A stretch of 64,000 nucleotides of DNA from a virus (Duplodnaviria > Caudoviricetes), in the IMG/VR virus record IMGVR_UViG_2852079565_000004, positions 32,001-96,000 of that record; one strand, 5' to 3'. The notes beneath the pieces were generated by a model. It did no database searches, was not told the DNA's origin, and saw nothing but the letters and a program-made list of their open reading frames with translations. A program made the translations under genes and the position numbers. This document shows, piece by piece, positions 58,088-64,000 of this stretch. Position 1 is the first letter of the stretch, and every line of letters begins with the position of its first letter.

Positions 58088-59272
58088 CTATTTTCTTTTA
58101 GATAGTGACTCTATTAGTGATGCTAGTTGTTCAAGGCCATCAAAAGTTGATGGTATATTATTTTCATTGAGTTGAATATTTGAAAATATAATATTTTCGA
58201 ATTTCTCTAATGCTTCACGATTATCTTTTGTTTTAGAAAAATCAGAGTAGTTATCAACAAACATACACAGATTTTTCCTCAAATTTATCTGGGTTAGTTC
58301 TGCTTTTATAGAGTTATAATTCTGTAGGGAAACTCTAAAAAAATATAAAGAAATAATAGTTAAAGCCGAATAACCTATGTATTTAAATATCATAACATCA
58401 TTAAATTCATCGGCTTTTTCCGTGATTATTTTATATCCTATAGGGCATATGGAAACGAAAGCCAATAGAAATAAAATAGCTAAAGAAATCCATCGTTCTT
58501 TACTTTTAGAACTATATATATCATGATAAGCCTTTGTCAATCCAGCGAAATTATATCCAGAAGACAAATTCTCCAAATATTTTTTTAATTCATCAATCTT
58601 TTTTTGCTTAACTTCTAGATCATCTTTTATAAATTTTGATTTCTCATTAAATAAGTCTTCAACTTCCTCGTTAAAATCAGTAACCTTATTACCTATGAGA
58701 ACAATCTCTTCATGTTTTAAATTTATATTTTTTTCTATTTCAGTTAATCTCTCAAAATCACTAAATTTAGAATCAAACACAAAATTCAAATTTCCGATCA
58801 AAATACTATATATATAACCAGAGTACTCATCTATTGAATATTCAAGATAAAACTTTACTCTATCTTCAAGAAATAGAAACAAATGCCTATTCTTCTTTAA
58901 ATAGCGAACTCTTTCAGATAATATATCATTCAACATTCCATCAGGAACAACAATCAGGTATTCTATTATGTACCTTATAATTATAATATAAGATAACATT
59001 ATATTGCTTGGTGTGTCAGTTTTTATAGCCAACCTGAAATTACCAGTAATCTTACAATACTCATCAAAGCTATTAATTCTATCTAATGCAATATCTATTG
59101 TTTCCCTTACTTCACCAATAAATTTCGCTAAACAAGACTTCGTTTCTTGATCTAAGCTAGTAGTCTCATCAATCAAAAATAATTTATACAAGGCATCATC
59201 TTTCTCTAAAAGATTTTTAATCTCTATCAATGAATTTTGATATGACTCTAAATGTCCTAATTTCCCGCTCAT
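58088..59272 (-). CDS. Low-GC coiled-coil + two-TM moron between Q and holin
   Basis: Long heptad region, two C-terminal TMs, PSTFDG motif. Confidence 0.75.
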   Translation of the reverse strand: MSGKLGHLESYQNSLIEIKNLLEKDDALYKLFLIDETTSLDQETKSCLAKFIGEVRETIDIALDRINSFDEYCKITGNFRLAIKTDTPSNIMLSYIIIIRYIIEYLIVVPDGMLNDILSERVRYLKKNRHLFLFLEDRVKFYLEYSIDEYSGYIYSILIGNLNFVFDSKFSDFERLTEIEKNINLKHEEIVLIGNKVTDFNEEVEDLFNEKSKFIKDDLEVKQKKIDELKKYLENLSSGYNFAGLTKAYHDIYSSKSKERWISLAILFLLAFVSICPIGYKIITEKADEFNDVMIFKYIGYSALTIISLYFFRVSLQNYNSIKAELTQINLRKNLCMFVDNYSDFSKTKDNREALEKFENIIFSNIQLNENNIPSTFDGLEQLASLIESLSKRK

Positions 59273-59393
59273 TACTTTCCTTAAAATACAAAAAAAACAA
59301 ATCAATAAGTTAAGTATAAATGAGAAGTAAACTCTTAAGAATTTTTATATCACAAAATAGCAATATTTCCCGAAATATTTTTATCATAGTTAA

Positions 59394-59486
59394 CAAAAAA
59401 CCCAGCGCATTGGCTGGGTTAGTCGGTGAAGTTACTAAAATGGCAACTTACCTTGAAATAGTGGCTCATTGGCTCAAAGAAGTCAA
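59394..59486 (-). promoter_or_regulatory. PR' with phage-21-type qut site and tR'
   Basis: TTGACT-TCTTTGAGCCAATGAGCCAC-TATTTC (tandem TGAGCCA); AACCCAGC-CAATGC-GCTGGGTT-TTTT. Confidence 0.75.
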
Positions 59487-59999
59487 CACGTTCTTACTAT
59501 TATTTTTCTTTTTCCACTCATTATCGCGTATTTTAAATGCATTATAGAGATGTGGGTAAATTAAATACTCTGCAGAACGAATAATTTCTTTTACCTCACG
59601 ACGGCATGTGGCCATCGAGGGTTTTCGATATTCAAGCGTGCGATTTCTGCGAAGCATTTGCCGTGGCTGTGCAATACCATAATAATAACGAGCAATGGCA
59701 CGGTCGGAGCTCACAAAGGCATAACGTAATAACAATAATGTGAATGCAATTCGGTCTATATGATAAATTTTATCAACCACCTTGGTGATTAACATTCCAT
59801 CGTCGTCATTACACATTTCCCTTTCTGGATAATCACGCTTTTCTACAGTTGCCATAAATTCAGCAATGATACTGCTTTGGCGTTTCTCTAATCTACCGCT
59901 GTAAACCCAAGCACCAAACTTGGATAGCCAACCTTGTAACCAAGCTTCTTGCTCAGCATCAAGTACAAGCCCATCAGAAATACTTTTTATACTCGACAT
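59466..59999 (-). CDS. Late antiterminator Q
   Basis: WL..FGAW, MCNDDDGM; directly before qut/tR'. Confidence 0.82.
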   Translation of the reverse strand: MSSIKSISDGLVLDAEQEAWLQGWLSKFGAWVYSGRLEKRQSSIIAEFMATVEKRDYPEREMCNDDDGMLITKVVDKIYHIDRIAFTLLLLRYAFVSSDRAIARYYYGIAQPRQMLRRNRTLEYRKPSMATCRREVKEIIRSAEYLIYPHLYNAFKIRDNEWKKKNNSKNVLTSLSQ

Positions 60000-60301
60000 G
60001 CTCGCAGCTCCATGACTTCTCTTTTGGTTTGCTCAAGTAGTTCACTCTCAGTACCGTGAATTTCTTGCCATGTTTTAGGCGCTGCATGAAAACCAGTATC
60101 ATAAGTAGGTCTGTGATGAGGCGGGCATAACGGTAAAACATCTTTATGGCTAGCTCTTTGCGCCATTCCCTGCCCCGTTCTTACATGATGGATTTCCGCG
60201 GGGCTTGCTCCATACCCCATATTACGGCAGCAAATGCAGCCAAGTTCTGCTACATCCGATAGCCACTGTTTATCTTCTTTAGCCTTTGATTTTTTGGTCA
60301 T
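59987..60301 (-). CDS. Ref-family HNH nuclease
   Basis: LGCICC, AEIHH, PLCPPHH, W...HGTE. Confidence 0.8.
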   Translation of the reverse strand: MTKKSKAKEDKQWLSDVAELGCICCRNMGYGASPAEIHHVRTGQGMAQRASHKDVLPLCPPHHRPTYDTGFHAAPKTWQEIHGTESELLEQTKREVMELRACRV

Positions 60302-60312
60302 TGGTCTTGCCT

Positions 60313-60906
60313 CTAGGTAAAATCTAATAACTGAGCCGCCGCATTTTCAGCAGCTTCTTGGGTGGGGAATTTACGAAATAAAATGAAGTTCCAAAGCACA
60401 TCGAGGGTTGATTTGTAGAGTTCGCCAAAGGCTAGGTCATCCATTTTGGCAAAGCTAATTGATTTGGCTACACGGCGTAGGCTACCGTCTGGCATTTCAA
60501 AGGTTTCATAATGGCCTGATTGCTCTACCACCCAATAGCGGAAAGCATCAAAGGATTTGGTTGCTGATATATTGTGAGCACGTTTCTGAGCTATCTCATC
60601 GAGATAAACATCTGCAGCGGATTGGAGAGCATCATCGTTATCGGTGTAGTAAGCGAGGAATTTAACGTAACCGCGTACTAGCTCTTTTTCTTCAGGCGAA
60701 ATAGTGCCACCGGTTGGTTCCCAGTATTCATACCCTAGATTGAATAAAGCGAAGTATTTACGGTGGAAACGCGGGTTACGAGCTTTCTTGAAATCAGCAG
60801 AAAGCACATCACCACACTTGATTTTTGAATGTAAGAAATCTCTCGCAGCGGGGTTAGCCGGCACAAGAGTGTCGTTAGACATTTTGATAAAGCTATGCTG
60901 TGCCAT
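60313..60906 (-). CDS. DUF1367-family protein
   Basis: RNPRFHRKYFAL, FDAFR.W, SISFAKMD. Confidence 0.85.
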   Translation of the reverse strand: MAQHSFIKMSNDTLVPANPAARDFLHSKIKCGDVLSADFKKARNPRFHRKYFALFNLGYEYWEPTGGTISPEEKELVRGYVKFLAYYTDNDDALQSAADVYLDEIAQKRAHNISATKSFDAFRYWVVEQSGHYETFEMPDGSLRRVAKSISFAKMDDLAFGELYKSTLDVLWNFILFRKFPTQEAAENAAAQLLDFT

Positions 60907-61012
60907 ACGTTTCTCTCAGTAGACACAGCAAGTGTTAGGATTGGGTGTTCAGACCAATGAGAGTTATTGTATCAGAAATCTTACTTTCTGCAAAAATGAT
61001 AACTATCTAATT

Positions 61013-61900
61013 TTACATGAATAATTTTTTTATTGGCTCAATATATGGCATTATTGCTGATGAAACAGAAGCAGCCCCTCCAGCAATAGTCATTATATCT
61101 ACTAGTTTCTCCATAATAATGGATTTGTCTTTAATACCTTTCATTGATTCAAGATTAGGAATCACCTTATCAATAACGTCAGCATCTACTCCTTGATTTT
61201 TTATTTGTATTAATTCAGAAATTAACTTATCAATCAATTCATTAGATTGAATTTGTAAATTCTGACTAAAATTTTCACTGGCATTTACTACATTAGCATT
61301 ACCATAAATATGGTTATTAAAGGTTTGCGTCACTATTTTTTCGTCTTGTTTTGACAATTTAATATCCTCTATATTCTCTATTTTTCTTTCTATTTCCAAT
61401 AAAAACCTAAGTGTTTTATTTTTTATAGAATCAATTACACTATAACAAGCCATCCTTGGTAAAATCTCATATGCTCTAGTGCAAAAGAAACCTTGATATA
61501 ACCTATTGAATAGAGGTAAAGCTGACATGGGTATATCTCTTACAGGATCATCATCAGCTGAGTACGAAAGTAGACTTTCTATATATGACACTGGATAGTA
61601 AACTTTCCCTGAGCCAAAACTATCCTGTAAAAAATCTGGCAATAAATGCTTATCAATTTGCAGTGCAGAGTGATTCGCACCTGCTCTATTAGAGAAGTCC
61701 CCTCGAATTACAGTGCCTACTATGCGGTAATCAGGAATTGCATCATCACCATCATATCCATCTAACTCTAACTCAGTCCATTTAATAAATGTGTCGTTGT
61801 TTATCTTATATGCTAACACTGAACATTTACGTAAAATATCCGTTATATTTGAACTTGGATTTAAAATATCATTTTGTATTTCGGAGAAAAGAGATGGCAT
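61013..61900 (-). CDS. AbiTii-domain protein
   Basis: ILRKC.VLA......F..W..LEL.GY.....PDYR. Confidence 0.78.
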   Translation of the reverse strand: MPSLFSEIQNDILNPSSNITDILRKCSVLAYKINNDTFIKWTELELDGYDGDDAIPDYRIVGTVIRGDFSNRAGANHSALQIDKHLLPDFLQDSFGSGKVYYPVSYIESLLSYSADDDPVRDIPMSALPLFNRLYQGFFCTRAYEILPRMACYSVIDSIKNKTLRFLLEIERKIENIEDIKLSKQDEKIVTQTFNNHIYGNANVVNASENFSQNLQIQSNELIDKLISELIQIKNQGVDADVIDKVIPNLESMKGIKDKSIIMEKLVDIMTIAGGAASVSSAIMPYIEPIKKLFM

Positions 61901-61921
61901 TATTAGCTCCTATTTTTCTTT

Positions 61922-62263
61922 CTATTCTACCCCCAATTTAAGCTTGTGCCACCCCTTGGTTATCCAGCACTTAGAATCACCATCAAGGCAACATTCCATC
62001 ACTGGTAACCGTTCACCACATTTACCACAACAACGATTGGATAATTCCGCAATCTCGCGCTTAAGTCTCGCATCATCATTTCGTATGAGCATTTGAATAT
62101 ATTCACTTTCATCATATGGCTCACGTCCTGGTCTACGCAATGCACAATTACGCTTAATCATTTCATGTTCTTCAGATTCAACTTGCCACTGCGGGATAAC
62201 AAAGCCAGCTTCACGCTGGCGTTTGCGTTGGGCAGCCTTGCGTTCTGCTGCTGACTTAGCCAT
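61922..62263 (-). CDS. Phage Zn-finger hypothetical protein
   Basis: AERKAAQRKRQR, RRPGREPY, CGKCG. Confidence 0.75.
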   Translation of the reverse strand: MAKSAAERKAAQRKRQREAGFVIPQWQVESEEHEMIKRNCALRRPGREPYDESEYIQMLIRNDDARLKREIAELSNRCCGKCGERLPVMECCLDGDSKCWITKGWHKLKLGVE

Positions 62264-62299
62264 TGGTCTTGCCTCTTCATATCATTTATATCAACTCGG

Positions 62300-62470
62300 T
62301 TAATGCACTGAGCAATAACGCTCAATAGATAACTCATCTACTCTAGCGCCACCTAGATTTGCCCAAAATGCTATTGTTGAAAGTACATCTTTTTCGCTTG
62401 TTGCGACAAAAAGAGTTATGAAAGACGTTTGGTTCCATAAACCACTTGCTTTATAAACCGATTTTTTCAT
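62300..62470 (-). CDS. Small hypothetical protein (56 aa, not in ORF track)
   Basis: Manual translation MKKSVYKASGLWN...ERYCSVH*. Confidence 0.5.
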   Translation of the reverse strand: MKKSVYKASGLWNQTSFITLFVATSEKDVLSTIAFWANLGGARVDELSIERYCSVH

Positions 62471-62583
62471 TTTTACCCCAACTAACTACATTTAATAACC
62501 TTATGACTAAACGGCCTTATATCCGCTGTAAAGCTTGTAGTTATATGATGGGAACGATTTTATTTTTTCCAAGTGTGTGCGTT

Positions 62584-62814
62584 TCATACCTTCATCACCT
62601 CTCGCCAATGATTTAACCTATCTCTAAAAAATTCCCGATGTACCTCTGGTGCTTTTTCTATTTCAACCAGTATTCGTTCCCTATGAATTTTTCGATTTTT
62701 CAGTTGCCGAATTAGCCGACTAGCGAATAAATCAAGTTGCTCCAGTTTGCGATATTCTTCTGGCCATAAAGCACGGTTATGAGGAAGTCCATCAGGTAAA
62801 TATTTACCCGACAT
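62584..62814 (-). CDS. Phage hypothetical protein
   Basis: GAGG RBS; operon position. Confidence 0.65.
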   Translation of the reverse strand: MSGKYLPDGLPHNRALWPEEYRKLEQLDLFASRLIRQLKNRKIHRERILVEIEKAPEVHREFFRDRLNHWREVMKV

Positions 62815-62816
62815 AA

Positions 62817-63017
62817 TTACCTCTGCCTTTGAGGTTTCGGCTCTGGTTGATAAGGTGCTTTGGTTCTTGCCCTTGCTGCAGAATTAAAGCGTTCAATGTG
62901 GCACGGAGAATGGTCTAAACCATCATCGGGCAATATGGGGTGATTGCTCCGGACGAGTGACTCGCCGGTGATTGAGTCTTTGATTGTCATTTGGTCTGCC
63001 TCTGTATTAATGGTCAC
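62817..63017 (-). CDS. Phage hypothetical protein
   Basis: Operon position after replication P. Confidence 0.5.
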   Translation of the reverse strand: MTINTEADQMTIKDSITGESLVRSNHPILPDDGLDHSPCHIERFNSAARARTKAPYQPEPKPQRQR

Positions 63018-63044
63018 GGCTTGGTCGAGCCTTTTTATCGATTT

Positions 63045-63782
63045 TTATTTGTGGCTGTAATTACCCTTTTTACATAAAATTTTATCTCTTATTTCCTTTA
63101 TCGCTTCCTCACCAATTAAACGATACTTACCGTCTTTATCGATGAGTTCAGATGTAGAAATCCCTCTTTTAGCTTGACCCATTAACGGCTTGATTGGTGG
63201 GATTGGTTTCCCCTCTTGTATCTGGTTGTAATAAGCGATCAGCTGCTTTTTGATGGATTCCCTAATCTCTTTATCGGACAAGTTATACTGCGTCATGCGT
63301 CGCCTTGCCTCTGGAACAATCCAATACATAACCGTTGATTTCCAAGGGAATGCTTCAACGGATGGATATCGCCACTCCATGTTGCTATAGCGCTTCATTT
63401 CAGCCATGACCTCACAAACTGAAGGTAGACCCATAGCTTGCATCATTCCCTCGCGACACCAACTGATAAACTTTCCGCAGGATGGGAAAAAATCAGACTC
63501 TTGCTGCCTAGCCACACTCATTCCCGCTTTCAATTGCTCAACAGATGTTATGCCATTTTCGATAAACGCCAGTACCCATTGCCGTTTAGTTGCTGAAATA
63601 TCGTCTTGGTTTGAAAACACAGTATGCTTTGCCGCTGGGAAAATTTGCACTAAGTTATCAAACAGCATATCAACCAACTTTTCCGCATGTTCATTGATTC
63701 CAGCAGGTTTATTGATTGGCTGAATTAGGCTCGATAATTTTTTGCCATCTCTGTTTTCAATTGCTGAGAGAAGACTTTTCAT
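63045..63782 (-). CDS. Replication protein P-like
   Basis: IFPA, KRQW..AF.ENGI....Q...G...AR...DFFPS.GKFI.WC. Confidence 0.88.
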   Translation of the reverse strand: MKSLLSAIENRDGKKLSSLIQPINKPAGINEHAEKLVDMLFDNLVQIFPAAKHTVFSNQDDISATKRQWVLAFIENGITSVEQLKAGMSVARQQESDFFPSCGKFISWCREGMMQAMGLPSVCEVMAEMKRYSNMEWRYPSVEAFPWKSTVMYWIVPEARRRMTQYNLSDKEIRESIKKQLIAYYNQIQEGKPIPPIKPLMGQAKRGISTSELIDKDGKYRLIGEEAIKEIRDKILCKKGNYSHK

Positions 63783-64000
63783 AGTGTGTTCTCCCATGCT
63801 TCAGGGCTATTCCAATGGGCTTGTGCAGGTAAACAATCTTCACCCTGTGGAATTTCAGCAAATTTTAATACCAGTTTGTCCCACTGTTTTCGAAGTGTGC
63901 TTGGGCTAAGAATATTTTTGCACCAAAATGGGTCCTTATTTGCCCTATCAAATAACCGGCAAATCTGCCTGTGCGTTCTGCCGTCAATGGTGCGCATTAA
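63779..64000 (-). CDS. Replication protein O C-terminus (partial)
   Basis: MRTIDGRTH.QIC.LF..AN.DPFW..NILSP..LR.QWD.L. Confidence 0.85.
   Translation of the reverse strand, partial: LMRTIDGRTHRQICRLFDRANKDPFWCKNILSPSTLRKQWDKLVLKFAEIPQGEDCLPAQAHWNSPEAWENTL

Larger units (their letters stand above)
31434..64000 (-). mobile_element. Prophage 3, contractile-tail temperate phage (continues beyond window)
   Basis: Complete baseplate-sheath-head-terminase-lysis-Q-replication order. Confidence 0.95.

Overview
An AT-rich enterobacterial window, probably Morganellaceae (Providencia/Proteus-like; inferred from gene content only). It consists entirely of three mobile elements in tandem at the 3' end of the tmRNA gene (ssrA); the intact ssrA is not in the window. 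(1) 1-15982 is the right part of a lambdoid prophage: holins, Q, RusA, Lar, three DNA methyltransferase genes, replication initiator, cro/cI switch with five operators, a phage-borne CsrA, xis/int, and a 31-bp ssrA 3' duplication. (2) 15983-31433 is a ~15.4-kb capsid-less, satellite-like island. It carries a tyrosine integrase, TOPRIM-DUF927 primase-helicase, RadC, serine resolvase, EexN-type lipoprotein, a ybhH/ybhD-like PrpF+LysR pair, an unknown 3-gene operon and a SIR2-STAND-TPR defence gene, and ends in a shortened att. (3) 31434-64000 is a contractile-tail prophage (tail fibre through replication) with several low-GC morons. The most notable observations are: a C5-MTase/phage-Dam fusion gene with a nested out-of-frame ORF resembling the M.EcoHK31I beta subunit; a duplicated/split GTTAC-iteron origin bracketing the island cargo; a membrane-anchored orphan receiver-domain moron inserted between terS and terL; a truncated att that may tie prophage 3 excision to the island; and several features missed by the ORF track (entericidin B, tail-chaperone -1 frameshift, SGNH and terS remnants, structured RNAs). 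All family assignments come from motif recognition, not database searches.
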